From positions 20,044-84,043 of the forward strand of contig CBDUDU010000001.1 in assembly GCA_965366045.1 (NCBI GenBank): a stretch of DNA of 64,000 nucleotides, read 5' to 3'. This DNA comes from an uncultured Oceanospirillaceae bacterium (lineage in GTDB: Bacteria > Pseudomonadota > Gammaproteobacteria > Pseudomonadales > Balneatricaceae). The notes under the pieces are model-generated. The model had not been told where the DNA came from. It worked only from the letters and a program-made list of their open reading frames with translations, and did not search any database. A program made the translations under genes and the position numbers. This document shows positions 23,942 to 34,908 of this stretch, piece by piece (position 1 is the first letter of the stretch; each line of letters opens with the position of its first letter).

Positions 23942-24813
23942 GTATCTTAATTAACAAAGACACTAAGGTGATTTGCCAAGGTTTCACTGGTGGTCAAGGT
24001 ACTTTTCACTCTGAGCAAGCCATTGAATATGGTACTAAAATGGTTGGCGGTGTAACACCGGGCAAAGGTGGCACTACACACCTTGGTTTGCCAGTATTCA
24101 ACACCGTTGCAGAAGCGGTTGAAGCTACCAGCGCTGAAGCCTCGGTGATTTATGTACCTGCTGCCTTTTGTAAAGATTCTATCCTTGAGGCCGCTAATGC
24201 TGGCATTAAGTTTATTGTTGCTATTACCGAAGGTATTCCAACCCTAGATATGTTGCAGTGTAAGGTTGTCTGCGACCAACTTGGCGCTCGCCTAGTTGGA
24301 CCTAACTGCCCGGGTGTGATTACACCGGGTGAATGTAAGATCGGTATTATGCCTGGTCACATTCACTTACCAGGTAAAGTAGGTATTGTATCTCGTTCTG
24401 GTACTTTGACTTACGAAGCCGTTAAGCAGACTACAGATTTTGGTTTTGGTCAGTCTACTTGTGTGGGTATTGGTGGTGATCCAATTCCAGGTACTAACTT
24501 TATTGACGTACTTGAATTGTTTGAAAAAGATCCAGCCACTGAAGCTATCGTTATGATTGGTGAAATTGGCGGTACTGCAGAAGAAGAAGCTGCAGCTTAC
24601 ATTAAAGCTAGCGTCACTAAGCCGGTTGTATCTTACATTGCTGGTGTAACTGCACCTGAAGGCAAGCGTATGGGCCACGCTGGCGCGATCATCTCTGGCG
24701 GTAAAGGTACTGCAGACGAGAAGTTTGCAGCCTTGAACGATGCCGGTGTTAAAACCGTGCGTTCTTTAGCTGAAATCGGCGCAGCACTTAAAGAAGTGAC
24801 CGGCTGGAGCTAA
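23938..24813 (+). CDS. sucD: succinyl-CoA synthetase alpha subunit
   Basis: QGFTG, GPNCPG, RMGHAGA. Confidence 0.98.
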   Translation: MSILINKDTKVICQGFTGGQGTFHSEQAIEYGTKMVGGVTPGKGGTTHLGLPVFNTVAEAVEATSAEASVIYVPAAFCKDSILEAANAGIKFIVAITEGIPTLDMLQCKVVCDQLGARLVGPNCPGVITPGECKIGIMPGHIHLPGKVGIVSRSGTLTYEAVKQTTDFGFGQSTCVGIGGDPIPGTNFIDVLELFEKDPATEAIVMIGEIGGTAEEEAAAYIKASVTKPVVSYIAGVTAPEGKRMGHAGAIISGGKGTADEKFAALNDAGVKTVRSLAEIGAALKEVTGWS

Positions 24814-24839
24814 GCTTTAGTTAATTACATTCTTTAAAC

Positions 24840-24866
24840 AAAAGGCCACCTTCGGGTGGCCTTTTT
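24840..24866. terminator. bidirectional terminator between sucD and metG
   Basis: AAAAGGCCACC-TTCG-GGTGGCCTTTTT. Confidence 0.9.
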
Positions 24867-24877
24867 GCGTTTGGACA

Positions 24878-26929
24878 CTAACTAACGCGAGTACCGGCCA
24901 CTGCGCCTTGGTCTGGCTCTAATAAATAAATACCTTCATCGCCACCGGCGGCCAAAATCATACCCTCTGAAACACCAAATTTCATCTTTCTTGGGGCCAG
25001 GTTGGCGACTAAAATAGTCATTTTGTCAGTGAGGTCTTCAGGCTTGTAGCTCGACTTAATGCCCGACAAGACTTGGCGGGTTTTGCCACCCAAATCCAAC
25101 TCTAGACGTAATAGCTTGTCGGCACCTTTAACGGCTTCGGCTTTGATGATACGTACTACTCGCAAATCGACTTTAGCGAAATCGTGGAAATTAATCTCTG
25201 CGGAGATTGGGTCTACTTCAAGCGGTGTGGCTTTAGCGATTGGTTTTTGCTTTTCTTTGAGGGCTAACTCTTTGGCCACTTCAACCTTGGAATCGTCTAA
25301 CATCGCATCTATCTGGCTGGCTTCGATACGCGTCATCAAAGGTTTGAATTTGTTGATGCCGTGATTAGTTAAGGGTGTATTTAGACCAGACCACGCAAGG
25401 TCATCGTTGAGGAACTTGGCGGCATTGTCGCTCATCATCGGCAAAACAGGCTTTAAATAGATCATTAACATGCGGAACAGGTTAAGGCCTGTAGAACAAA
25501 TGTCCTGCACTTGTTGCTCGCTACCTTCTTGTTTGGCCAATACCCACGGCTCTTTGTCAGCAATGTATTGGTTAGCTTGGTCGGCTAATGCCATTATGGC
25601 TTTAATGGCTTTGCCAAATTCACGGTTTTCGTAATAGGCAGCAATAGTTTTCTGTTCATTGGCGAAACTTGCGACCAGTTTCGGTTCACTTACAGTGTTG
25701 CTGAGTTGACCGTCAAATTTCTTGCTGATAAAACCGGCGCTACGGCTGGCAATATTAACCACTTTGCCCACTAAGTCGGAATTGACTCGCTGCATAAAGT
25801 CTTCCAAATTTAGGTCTAGGTCGTCTACCTTGTTATTTAGTTTGGCGGCAAAATAGTAACGTAAGTATTCCGGTTGTAAGTGACGCAGATAGGTGCCAGC
25901 TTTAATGAAAGTGCCACGAGACTTAGACATCTTCTGGCCGTTTACTGTAAGGAAACCGTGGGCGTAAACGGCAGTTGGGGTACGAAATTCTGCAGCGTGT
26001 AACATCGCTGGCCAAAACAAACCATGGAAGTTGATGATGTCTTTACCAATAAAGTGATACAGCTCGGTATTGGAGTTTTTATTCCAGTAGTGATCAAAAT
26101 TGAGTTCTACTGTGCGTGCACATAGGTTCTTAAAGCTTGCCATGTAGCCTATAGGGGCGTCTAACCATACGTAAAAGAACTTGTTTTCTTGACCTGGAAT
26201 TTCAAACCCAAAATAGGGCGCATCACGGCTGATATCCCACTCTTGTAAACCAGAATCCAACCATTCTGCCAGTTTGTTGGCAATTTCGCTTTGTAAGCTG
26301 CCACTTCGAGTCCAGTCTTTAAGCATGGCTTCAAAGTCGGGTAGTTTAAAGAACAGGTGTGTGGAGTCTTTCTGAACCGGAGTGGCACCAGAAATGGCCG
26401 ATTTAGGGCTGATTAAATCAGTAGGCGAATAGGTTGCGCCACACGCCTCGCAGTTATCGCCATACTGGTCTTCGGTTTTACATTTAGGGCAGGTGCCTTT
26501 GATAAAGCGGTCGGCTAAAAAAAGCTGTTTTTCTGGGTCAAAGGCTTGGGTAATGGTGCGCGTGGCAATGTGGCCTTTGGCTTCGCAGGCCTTATATATG
26601 TATTCCGAAAACTCGCGATTTTCTGGCGAATGAGTTGAGTAGAAATTATCAAACGACACTTTGAAGTTAGCGAAGTCTTGTTCGTGCTCTGCTTGTACAT
26701 TGGCAATCAATTGTTCGGGCGTGATACCTTCTTGTTCAGCGCGTAACATAATTGCGGTGCCGTGGGCATCGTCGGCACAGACGTAATGACAGGTGTTACC
26801 TATATGGCGCTGAAAGCGTACCCAAATGTCGGTCTGAATATACTCCAGCATGTGTCCCAAGTGGATGGAGCCATTGGCATAGGGAAGGGCGCTAGTTACA
26901 AGTATTTCGCGTGCTGGAGTGTGTGTCAT
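24878..26929 (-). CDS. metG: methionyl-tRNA synthetase
   Basis: [11 protein letters not shown], zinc knuckle CPKC/CEAC, KMSKS, C-terminal tRNA-binding domain. Confidence 0.98.
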   Translation of the reverse strand: MTHTPAREILVTSALPYANGSIHLGHMLEYIQTDIWVRFQRHIGNTCHYVCADDAHGTAIMLRAEQEGITPEQLIANVQAEHEQDFANFKVSFDNFYSTHSPENREFSEYIYKACEAKGHIATRTITQAFDPEKQLFLADRFIKGTCPKCKTEDQYGDNCEACGATYSPTDLISPKSAISGATPVQKDSTHLFFKLPDFEAMLKDWTRSGSLQSEIANKLAEWLDSGLQEWDISRDAPYFGFEIPGQENKFFYVWLDAPIGYMASFKNLCARTVELNFDHYWNKNSNTELYHFIGKDIINFHGLFWPAMLHAAEFRTPTAVYAHGFLTVNGQKMSKSRGTFIKAGTYLRHLQPEYLRYYFAAKLNNKVDDLDLNLEDFMQRVNSDLVGKVVNIASRSAGFISKKFDGQLSNTVSEPKLVASFANEQKTIAAYYENREFGKAIKAIMALADQANQYIADKEPWVLAKQEGSEQQVQDICSTGLNLFRMLMIYLKPVLPMMSDNAAKFLNDDLAWSGLNTPLTNHGINKFKPLMTRIEASQIDAMLDDSKVEVAKELALKEKQKPIAKATPLEVDPISAEINFHDFAKVDLRVVRIIKAEAVKGADKLLRLELDLGGKTRQVLSGIKSSYKPEDLTDKMTILVANLAPRKMKFGVSEGMILAAGGDEGIYLLEPDQGAVAGTRVS

Positions 26930-26989
26930 GTGGTCGCTTCAAGTGGTTTATACAAATCAACCTCTATTGTACAAAACATAGCCTTGCCC

Positions 26990-26998
26990 TGCTATAAT
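26990..26998 (+). promoter_or_regulatory. extended -10 promoter element for trmA
   Basis: TGcTATAAT about 50 bp upstream of the trmA start. Confidence 0.5.
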
Positions 26999-27047
26999 CC
27001 TCGCCAATTAAAATGCCTCAAACGGCAAACCTTTAAGGAGTGTGCCT

Positions 27048-28166
27048 GTGGCCCTTGAGCCCATACAAACGGATCAATACCCAGCCTTACTGGAGGCTAA
27101 AACAGCCCGCATCCAAGCGTGTTTTGATGAGCTAGGTGATTTCACCGCAGATATGCCCTTGGAAGTGTATCCGTCTAAGCCGCAGAACTACCGTATGCGG
27201 GCAGAGTTTCGTTTGTGGCATGATGATGGCGACTTGTTTTATGCCATGTTTGCTGTGGGTAATAAACGTGAGCCGATTCGTATTGAATCGTTTCCTCAGG
27301 CCAGTGAGTCTATTAATGCTCTGATGCAGCCCTTGTTGGACGGCGTTAAAGCGTCCACGATACTGCGACATAAACTGTTTCAGATGGACTTTCTCAGTAG
27401 CCAGCGTGGCGAAATACTAGTCAGTCTGCTGTACCACAAACAGTTGGGCGACGATTGGCTTGCCGAAGCAGAACAGCTTAGGCAAAAACTGGGTATTAAC
27501 ATTATCGGTCGTGCGCGCAAACAAAAACACGTGTTAGGGCAAGGTTACATCATGGAAACCTTGCAAGTTGGTGCGCAGCAGTTCCATTATCAGCAGGTAG
27601 AGAACGCCTTTACCCAACCCAATGCCAGTGTTAATGAGCAGATGATTGCTTGGGCATGTGAAAGCGTAGAACGCTACCCTCAGTCGATTAAACCCGATTT
27701 GTTGGAGCTATATTGTGGCAATGGTAATTTCACGTTGCCTTTGGCGGGCCAATTTCGCAAGGTCATGGCCACCGAAATTGCCAAGTCATCGGTGAATTCA
27801 GCACACTTTAACTTAACAGAAAACAACATCGATAATGTCACTATTGTGCGCTTATCAAGCGAAGAAATGACGCAAGCACTAGCCGGTGTTAGGGCCTTTA
27901 GGCGTTTGGCTGATGTAGACTTAAATAGTTTTGATTTTGGTACTATTTTAGTAGACCCCCCACGTGCGGGTTTGGATCCTGATACCTTGGCATTAGTACA
28001 ACAGTTTGATCAGGTCGTCTATATTTCCTGTAACCCCGAAACCTTGTTAGACAATTTGCAGCACCTCAAGCAAACCCACTCGCTCAAGCGTTTAGCTTTG
28101 TTTGATCAATTCCCTTATACCCACCATGCCGAATGTGGTGTGGTACTCCATAAACATAACACATAG
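27048..28166 (+). CDS. trmA: tRNA (uracil-5)-methyltransferase
   Basis: YRMRAEF, ELYCGNGNF, DPPRAGL, YISCNP, FDQFPYTHHAECG; GTG start chosen on AGGAG spacing (27042 is an alternative). Confidence 0.95.
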   Translation: MALEPIQTDQYPALLEAKTARIQACFDELGDFTADMPLEVYPSKPQNYRMRAEFRLWHDDGDLFYAMFAVGNKREPIRIESFPQASESINALMQPLLDGVKASTILRHKLFQMDFLSSQRGEILVSLLYHKQLGDDWLAEAEQLRQKLGINIIGRARKQKHVLGQGYIMETLQVGAQQFHYQQVENAFTQPNASVNEQMIAWACESVERYPQSIKPDLLELYCGNGNFTLPLAGQFRKVMATEIAKSSVNSAHFNLTENNIDNVTIVRLSSEEMTQALAGVRAFRRLADVDLNSFDFGTILVDPPRAGLDPDTLALVQQFDQVVYISCNPETLLDNLQHLKQTHSLKRLALFDQFPYTHHAECGVVLHKHNT

Positions 28167-28174
28167 GCAGCATC

Positions 28175-29002
28175 ATGACTGACTCTAGGCCTGAGGGCTT
28201 ACAACAAATTAAACACATCGTCGCAGTAGCTTCTGGCAAAGGCGGCGTAGGCAAATCAACGACTACTGTTAACTTGGCATTGGCCACGGCTCAAGCGGGC
28301 TATAAAGTAGGCATTTTAGATGCGGATATCTATGGCCCTAGCCAAGGTTTGATGCTGGGCATTGCCGAAGGTACCCACCCAGAGACTATGGAAGAAAAAT
28401 GGTTTGTGCCCATTGATGCCTATGGGATTAAGGTCATGTCTATGGCGTTTTTGGTGGATGCTAATTCGCCTATGGTGTGGCGTGGGCCTATGGCTGCAGG
28501 CGCGCTGCAGCAGATGTTGCTGCAAACTCAATGGGGAAAGTTAGACTATTTGTTTGTTGACATGCCGCCGGGCACTGGTGATATCCAATTAACCTTGTGT
28601 CAAAAAGCACAGGTTTCAGGCAGTGTAATTGTCACTACGCCACAAGATCTGGCCTTGCTTGACGCCCGTAAAGGCATTGAGATGTTCAGCAAGGTTAACG
28701 TGCCGGTGTTGGGTGTAGTGGAGAACATGAGCACTCATGTTTGTAGCAACTGTAATCACGAAGAGGCCATTTTTGGTTCTGGCGGCGGCGCTGCTTTAGC
28801 CCAGCAGTATGGTACTGAGTTACTCGCTAGCTTGCCGTTAAGTATGGCCATTAGGCAGCAAGTGGATAGCGGTAAACCTACGGTAATGGCAAGTCCACAG
28901 GCCGCGGCAACTCAAACCTACAAACGTTTGGCTAATACGCTAGTATTAAAGCTAGATGGTATTGCTCAAGTAATGCCTAGTATTTCTATTGACGAAGATT
29001 AA
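28175..29002 (+). CDS. apbC: Fe-S cluster carrier ApbC/Mrp
   Basis: SGKGGVGKST, DADIYGPS, DMPPGTGD, ENMS..C..C. Confidence 0.95.
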   Translation: MTDSRPEGLQQIKHIVAVASGKGGVGKSTTTVNLALATAQAGYKVGILDADIYGPSQGLMLGIAEGTHPETMEEKWFVPIDAYGIKVMSMAFLVDANSPMVWRGPMAAGALQQMLLQTQWGKLDYLFVDMPPGTGDIQLTLCQKAQVSGSVIVTTPQDLALLDARKGIEMFSKVNVPVLGVVENMSTHVCSNCNHEEAIFGSGGGAALAQQYGTELLASLPLSMAIRQQVDSGKPTVMASPQAAATQTYKRLANTLVLKLDGIAQVMPSISIDED

Positions 29003-29008
29003 AGACTT

Positions 29009-29593
29009 ATGCGACTCAGTGACAAAGATATCATCGCCGCCTTAGACAGCGGCCATCTCGCCATAGAACCACGCCCAGATAATAGCGTCATTACTGGCGT
29101 GAGCGTCGACTTACGTTTGGGTAACAGTTTTCGTGTATTTAAAGACCATGCCCGGCCTTTTGTGGACGTAAGCGCCAGTCGCGAGGAAATTAATAATACG
29201 CTAGAAGCGATTATGAGTGACGAAATCATTATCGCCGAAGATGAAAGTTTCTTTTTGCATCCAGGCGAACTCGCTCTAGCCGTAACCTTAGAGTCGGTGA
29301 CTATACCGGATGACCATGTGGGTTGGCTGGACGGCCGTTCTTCCTTGGCCCGTCTTGGGTTGATGGTGCATGTAACCGCCCATCGGATCGATCCGGGTTG
29401 GAGCGGCGCCATTGTGTTAGAGTGTTTTAATAGTGGTAAGTTACCGTTGGCGTTGAAACCCAACATGACTATAGGTGCCATTAACTTTGAGACGCTTTCG
29501 AGCCCTGCATTACGGCCTTACAACAAACGTGTTGATGCCAAGTACAAAAACCAACACAGTGCTGTTGCTAGCCGTATAGACCAAGACAGTTAA
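29009..29593 (+). CDS. dcd: dCTP deaminase
   Basis: [29 protein letters not shown]. Confidence 0.97.
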   Translation: MRLSDKDIIAALDSGHLAIEPRPDNSVITGVSVDLRLGNSFRVFKDHARPFVDVSASREEINNTLEAIMSDEIIIAEDESFFLHPGELALAVTLESVTIPDDHVGWLDGRSSLARLGLMVHVTAHRIDPGWSGAIVLECFNSGKLPLALKPNMTIGAINFETLSSPALRPYNKRVDAKYKNQHSAVASRIDQDS

Positions 29594-29597
29594 CGAG

Positions 29598-29700
29598 CCG
29601 GTTGCCCCTGTGCTGCTCCAGAAGTTGCGTGATTTGCAGGCTTACGGCTATGCTAAGGATTACTTAGTAGGTGGTATGCCCGCATGGCGCTGGTGCTTCA
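29598..29700 (+). pseudogene. possible rhodanese-domain C-terminal remnant
   Basis: two frames join to GCPCAAPEVA/(R)DLQAYGYAKDYLVGGMPAW; no start codon. Confidence 0.35.
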
Positions 29701-29721
29701 GTGCCGTACAGCGTAGGGCTA

Positions 29722-30990
29722 TTAGTTAAGCCAGTTATCAAGTTGTGCCAAGTCATCGCTGCTTAATACGCCACTAACTTGCTTCAAACGAAGTTGGTTC
29801 AGCACTAAGTCTAAGTGGGCATTAGCCAAATTTCTTTGAGCAGCAAACACCAACTTCTCTGCATCTAAAAGGTCGCTAATATCCCTCAAACCGAGTTCAT
29901 ATTCTTTAGTCTTTCCAGACAGTGATGATTGCACCGATGCTAATAGCAGGGTATAGGCCTGAATTTGGTGTCTGTTGGTCTCTAAGGACTGGTGCCAGCG
30001 TCTTACTTGCTGCAGGGCTGAACGCTGTATAGCTGCGCCTTGTTGTTGACTTGCATGCCAATTTTCTTGTGCTTCCATGGTTTGGGCTTTATTCAAACCG
30101 CCATCGTATAAAGTGCCCGAAACTGCAATACTCAATGTTGTGGTATCTGTATTTAAAGTGGCGCTGCGGCTATAGGCTTGCGTCAAGCTGATGCTGGCTT
30201 TGGGGTAGAGCCCAACATCCTTCGCCTGGTAGTTGTGGTACGCCTGCTGAGTGCTAAAACCATTGCTAACAATGTCTAAATTATTGGCGTTAGCCAGTTG
30301 AAACCATGCTTGTAAGCTTTCATTAGGGATCAGTTGTGGCCCAAAATCTGCCGATAAGCTATCTAGGTGCTCCGTTAACGGTTGGTTGGTGAGGTTTTCT
30401 ACGTCTGTGCGAGCTAGGTTTAGGTTTTGCTGTGTCTGCAATAAGGCCACTTGCAGCTGTTGTACGTTAGCCTGCACGTCTTGCAGCTGGATATTGCTGG
30501 CTAAACCCACATCCACTAGTTGTTGTGTTTGTTTTAGCCGTTGTTGAATGGCTTTCAGTTCTGCTTGGCTAGAAGCTAGCTGGCGTTGCTGTTTTAACAC
30601 AGCAAAATAACGTTCTATCACCGAAAAAATAAGGCTTTGCTCGGATTTTTCAAAATTACTACGGGCACTTGCGGCACTTTGTTGGGCAACTTTCATGCCG
30701 TAATAGGCGTCTAACCTTAACGGCAGGACAATTTGTACACTATAGTTGTGACTGTCAGCACGGGCATCCAATGGCAAGCTCTGGTTAAAGTTGGCGCTGA
30801 CCTGAGGCATGACCGCACTTTCTGCTTGAGGAATGATCTGTAGCTTAGCATTGAGGCTATGTTGGGCCGCCAAATAGCTTGCATCATTAGCTTGGGCTTG
30901 TTGATACAGGTCTTGCAGTTGGCCGGCTTGGGCGCCGCTGGTGGCAATAAGAGTGACGAAAAAGGCGACAAGACGTGGTGAATAGGCCAA
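29722..30990 (-). CDS. TolC family outer membrane protein
   Basis: signal peptide ending AQA, L.DLYQQA..ND, repeated OEP helical pattern, YELGLR...DLLDAE. Confidence 0.88.
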   Translation of the reverse strand: MAYSPRLVAFFVTLIATSGAQAGQLQDLYQQAQANDASYLAAQHSLNAKLQIIPQAESAVMPQVSANFNQSLPLDARADSHNYSVQIVLPLRLDAYYGMKVAQQSAASARSNFEKSEQSLIFSVIERYFAVLKQQRQLASSQAELKAIQQRLKQTQQLVDVGLASNIQLQDVQANVQQLQVALLQTQQNLNLARTDVENLTNQPLTEHLDSLSADFGPQLIPNESLQAWFQLANANNLDIVSNGFSTQQAYHNYQAKDVGLYPKASISLTQAYSRSATLNTDTTTLSIAVSGTLYDGGLNKAQTMEAQENWHASQQQGAAIQRSALQQVRRWHQSLETNRHQIQAYTLLLASVQSSLSGKTKEYELGLRDISDLLDAEKLVFAAQRNLANAHLDLVLNQLRLKQVSGVLSSDDLAQLDNWLN

Positions 30991-31081
30991 GGGTATTCCT
31001 TATGTGTGGGTTTAACACGGTAAGGCCACAGTGTAACCAAACCTTGCGCTCAGGGCTATTGGCTTTACTTAGCTTTGCAGA

Positions 31082-31816
31082 CTAGCTTTCAAGCCAGATC
31101 AGTTGCTTTAGATTAAGCTGATAACGTTTGCCGTCGGTTTCTTGTTGTACAATACGTACAATGCTGTAATCCAATGCTGGGGCAAACCATATCCAAGTCT
31201 GCCTATCTGAATCGGAGCCTCGATCTCGTTTAATGCGTATGGTGTTATATTGGCCTAACGGTGTCTCAATTTTCTCCTCGCCATCGGCGATGAAACGATA
31301 TGTTTTCAACAGCCCACCATCGGCCACATCGTAAGCGTAAGCCAGCTCCTTTGGATGGGCTTCAAGGTCTAGCTGAAGACGCAGTTGAACGCTTTGTTTG
31401 TCTAAGGTATGGGGCACAATAGCCATCTTCCACGCTTTGCCTTGGGCGGTATTGGTTACTTGTCGGTTGGCCCAGTCGAACGCCACTTGCACATCACGTG
31501 TTTTATGCAACAGCTTACGTTGGTACTGGTAGTGGCGTGGGATGATAGCGCCGTCTTGATAGTTGAATAAGCTTGATTCAGACAAAGACGCGACCATGGC
31601 AGTGGCTTTGGTGGTCAGGAGTAAACTGCCATCACTGTTGATTATTAAACTACGTTTGGCTTGGCCAGACAAGCTGATACCGACGTCCCATTGGCTGCTA
31701 TAGATGGCTTCAAAAGGCCTTAGCTGTGCAGCGCTATTGGTGCTCCATACTAATAACAACAGAAAACCTAAACAAAGGTCGGGTAAATTTATCCATGTAC
31801 GCATAATGTTGGGCAT
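31082..31816 (-). CDS. DUF3108 domain protein
   Basis: secreted beta-rich protein, WFAPALDY..VRI.Q, position next to purN; start uncertain. Confidence 0.8.
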   Translation of the reverse strand: MPNIMRTWINLPDLCLGFLLLLVWSTNSAAQLRPFEAIYSSQWDVGISLSGQAKRSLIINSDGSLLLTTKATAMVASLSESSLFNYQDGAIIPRHYQYQRKLLHKTRDVQVAFDWANRQVTNTAQGKAWKMAIVPHTLDKQSVQLRLQLDLEAHPKELAYAYDVADGGLLKTYRFIADGEEKIETPLGQYNTIRIKRDRGSDSDRQTWIWFAPALDYSIVRIVQQETDGKRYQLNLKQLIWLES

Positions 31817-31856
31817 TGCAGTTCCTGGCTGTATCCACATTGTAGTTGTTATTAGT

Positions 31857-32522
31857 TCAAGACTGGTAGGCTAAACCCCGTGCTGGAAGGGGTTGGCCGT
31901 CTACAGTGACCTGGTCGTGACTCAGGTTTAGACGTCCCTCACAAAACCATTTGATGGCAATGGGGTAGATAATGTGTTCTTGCACTAATACTCGAGCAGC
32001 CAGCGTGGTTGGCGAATCCCCTCCTAACACCGGCACTAATGATTGTAAGACAATGGGGCCGCCATCAAGTTCACTGGTCACAAAATGAACACTAGCACCA
32101 TGCTGCTCAACTTCGGCCTCAAGCGCCCGTTCGTGGGTGTTTGTGCCTTTAAAGAGGGGCAGTAGTGACGGGTGAATGTTGAGCATACGGCCGTGGTAGT
32201 GATCTGTTAGCTGCGGCGTAAAAATACGCATAAATCCAGCCAATACCACGAGTTCAGGTTGCTTGTCGTCAATAGCGTGTATGAGCTCACGATCAAACGC
32301 TGCACGACTACTGTATTCAAGGTGGTTTACCACTTGAGTAGGGATGCCCGCTTTACTGGCACGCAGTAAGCCCTTGGCGTCTGGTGTGTTGCTTATAACC
32401 AAATCGATAGTAGCATCGATAACACCCTGAGCTATGGCGTCCATCAAGGCTTGAAGGTTGCTACCACCGCCAGAAATAAGTACCACAATGCGTGGCACTT
32501 GGTGCAAAGTTTGTTGATGCAT
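31857..32522 (-). CDS. purN: phosphoribosylglycinamide formyltransferase
   Basis: SGGGSNLQA, LAGFMRI, NIHPSLLP, HFV..ELDGGP. Confidence 0.97.
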   Translation of the reverse strand: MHQQTLHQVPRIVVLISGGGSNLQALMDAIAQGVIDATIDLVISNTPDAKGLLRASKAGIPTQVVNHLEYSSRAAFDRELIHAIDDKQPELVVLAGFMRIFTPQLTDHYHGRMLNIHPSLLPLFKGTNTHERALEAEVEQHGASVHFVTSELDGGPIVLQSLVPVLGGDSPTTLAARVLVQEHIIYPIAIKWFCEGRLNLSHDQVTVDGQPLPARGLAYQS

Positions 32523-32543
32523 CAGTAAGGTCCGTGGCTGCTG

Positions 32544-33590
32544 TTAGCGCAATACTACGGCTTCGTCTGCACCGCTGTTTTTTTCTATGTGGCCAATGAC
32601 CCAAGGTTGCTCTTGGCATGCGGTCAGTGCATCCAGAGTCTTTTGTTGGTCTTCTTTAGCAACCACAATAACCATGCCGACACCGCAGTTAAAGGTGCGG
32701 TACATTTCGGTGTCTTCAACGTTGCCGTTAGTTTGTAGCCAATCAAATACGGCTGGTTTCTGCCAAGACTGAGTGTCCAATACGGCCACACTGTCTGCGG
32801 GTAAAACACGGGGGATATTTTCTAACAAACCGCCGCCAGTAATGTGCGAAAGGGCGCGAACATCCACTTGCTTGAATAATTCTAATAGGGCTTTAACGTA
32901 TATACGCGTTGGCTGCATCAGTGCTTCGCCAAGGGTGGTGTCACCAAGGTTTTGGTGTAAGTCGGCGTTTCTGACTTCGATGATCTTGCGAATTAACGAG
33001 TAACCGTTGGAGTGGGGGCCCGATGCGGGTAAACCAATTAGTACATCTCCTGCGGCCACTTTGGAGCCGTCAATTATCTTGCTTTTTTCAACAATACCTA
33101 CACAAAAGCCAGCAAGGTCGTAATCTTCGCCTTCGTACATGCCAGGCATTTCGGCAGTCTCGCCGCCAACTAGAGAAGCGCCTGCTAGCTCGCAACCTTC
33201 GCCAATGCCACTCACTACGCGGGTGGCGATGTCAACGTCCAGCTTACCTGTGGCATAGTAGTCGAGGAAAAACAGTGGTTCTGCACCGGCTACAATTAAG
33301 TCGTTTACACACATGGCCACTAAGTCGATACCAATGTGGTCGTGTCGATTTAGTTCTAGCGCTAGTTTGAGCTTAGTGCCTACACCGTCTGTGCCAGAAA
33401 CTAACACCGGTTCATGGTAGCCTTTAGGTAACTCGAACAGTGCACCAAAACCACCTAAGCCCGCCATAACTTCTGGCCGACGGGTACGACGTGCCACACC
33501 CTTGATGCGTTCGATCAACGCGTTGCCGGCGTCGATGTCGACACCCGCGTCTTTGTAACTGAGAGGAGTGTTAGCTGCTTGAGTGCTCAT
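32544..33590 (-). CDS. purM: phosphoribosylformylglycinamidine cyclo-ligase
   Basis: [35 protein letters not shown]. Confidence 0.98.
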   Translation of the reverse strand: MSTQAANTPLSYKDAGVDIDAGNALIERIKGVARRTRRPEVMAGLGGFGALFELPKGYHEPVLVSGTDGVGTKLKLALELNRHDHIGIDLVAMCVNDLIVAGAEPLFFLDYYATGKLDVDIATRVVSGIGEGCELAGASLVGGETAEMPGMYEGEDYDLAGFCVGIVEKSKIIDGSKVAAGDVLIGLPASGPHSNGYSLIRKIIEVRNADLHQNLGDTTLGEALMQPTRIYVKALLELFKQVDVRALSHITGGGLLENIPRVLPADSVAVLDTQSWQKPAVFDWLQTNGNVEDTEMYRTFNCGVGMVIVVAKEDQQKTLDALTACQEQPWVIGHIEKNSGADEAVVLR

Positions 33591-33769
33591 AATGAGAATG
33601 GCCTAAGATGATTCATAATAGAGCGCGTATTTTATCATCCTCTTGCCTGTTGAGCACCCGCTTAAACACCAAGTTTTGGCATTTATTGAGTTTTTGTTGG
33701 TGGATGCTGGGCGACGAATTGACTATAGTGGGGTTTAGATTGGTTTTTCACTCAGACTAAAGCGATTAC

Positions 33770-34876
33770 ATGAACTTATTGTTACCTAAACTCTTGTTGT
33801 TACGACAACCAATAACCCTACTATCTGTGTTTGCCGTGATGTGGGCAAATTTCGCGCAGGCCCAAACGGTAAATGGCCTATACCAAGCGAGTGTGGTGAT
33901 TGAAAACCAATCAAACCGTCAGGTGCTGGCCGCAAAAAAGACTGGTTTTGCTAGTGTGTTGGTTAAAGTTACGGGTCAAACCATGAGCCTTAATAATGCC
34001 AAATTTAGACAAGCCTTGGTTATCCCAGAGGATTACTTACAGCGCTTTTCATTTGCCACCCAGGTCATTGAAGGACAAGAAAAAGCCGTATTGAAATTAA
34101 CCTTTGACCCACTTAAGGTGGATCAGCTAATTACCGTAGCGGGCATGACTGTTTGGGGCGCAGAAAGGGCGGCCGTGCTGGTTTGGTTGGTTCAGGAAGA
34201 CCACGGTGAGCAGCGTATTGTTAATGATGATGGGCACCCTGTGGTGGCGCAAATTAAGGCACAATCTGAGGCTCGCGGGTTACCATTGGTGTGGCCATTA
34301 CTGGATTTAGATGATCAGTTGGCGATTGATGCGGGTGCGCTGTGGGGGTTGTTTAGAGACCCTATTACGTCTGCTTCTCTGCGCTATCAAGCCGATGCAA
34401 TTTTGATCGGTCGTGTGTATAAAGGCGATCAGCAACAATGGCAGGTGAAATGGAATTTTTGGTTGGACAATAGCGAGCAACAATGGGCGTCTAAGGGCTC
34501 CAACCTGGAGCAGTTAATTATCCCACTACAAGAGCGTTTGGCCACCAGTTTAGTAGCAAAGTTTGCGATGCCTAGTAAAGCTGAAGCAGCGGTTGGGTTA
34601 GCTGTGGGTCAACAAGTGTTAGTGGAGGTGGAACAAGTATCCAGTTTAGCCGATTATGCCCAAATACAGGCCTTGCTGGAGGCCGTTTCTGGGGTCAGCC
34701 ATGTGCAACTGTATGCGGCTAACGTTGAGCAATTGGTGTTCCGTTTATTCACCGATGGCCACTTGTCTCAGGTGAAATCCACACTAGAATTGAAGCGTCG
34801 GCTGCTACCCGTAAAAAACGAGGACAGCTCGCAGTTGTCTTTAACGTATCCCTTATGGCGTTACGTGTGGCGTTAG
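33770..34876 (+). CDS. DUF2066 domain protein
   Basis: signal peptide, LY.A.V, VLVKVTG, P.W...R..VLVWL, LPL.WPLLDL.D; divergent from purM. Confidence 0.85.
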   Translation: MNLLLPKLLLLRQPITLLSVFAVMWANFAQAQTVNGLYQASVVIENQSNRQVLAAKKTGFASVLVKVTGQTMSLNNAKFRQALVIPEDYLQRFSFATQVIEGQEKAVLKLTFDPLKVDQLITVAGMTVWGAERAAVLVWLVQEDHGEQRIVNDDGHPVVAQIKAQSEARGLPLVWPLLDLDDQLAIDAGALWGLFRDPITSASLRYQADAILIGRVYKGDQQQWQVKWNFWLDNSEQQWASKGSNLEQLIIPLQERLATSLVAKFAMPSKAEAAVGLAVGQQVLVEVEQVSSLADYAQIQALLEAVSGVSHVQLYAANVEQLVFRLFTDGHLSQVKSTLELKRRLLPVKNEDSSQLSLTYPLWRYVWR

Positions 34877-34908
34877 TAGCTACTATTGGTAAATAAAAGG
34901 AAATTAGA

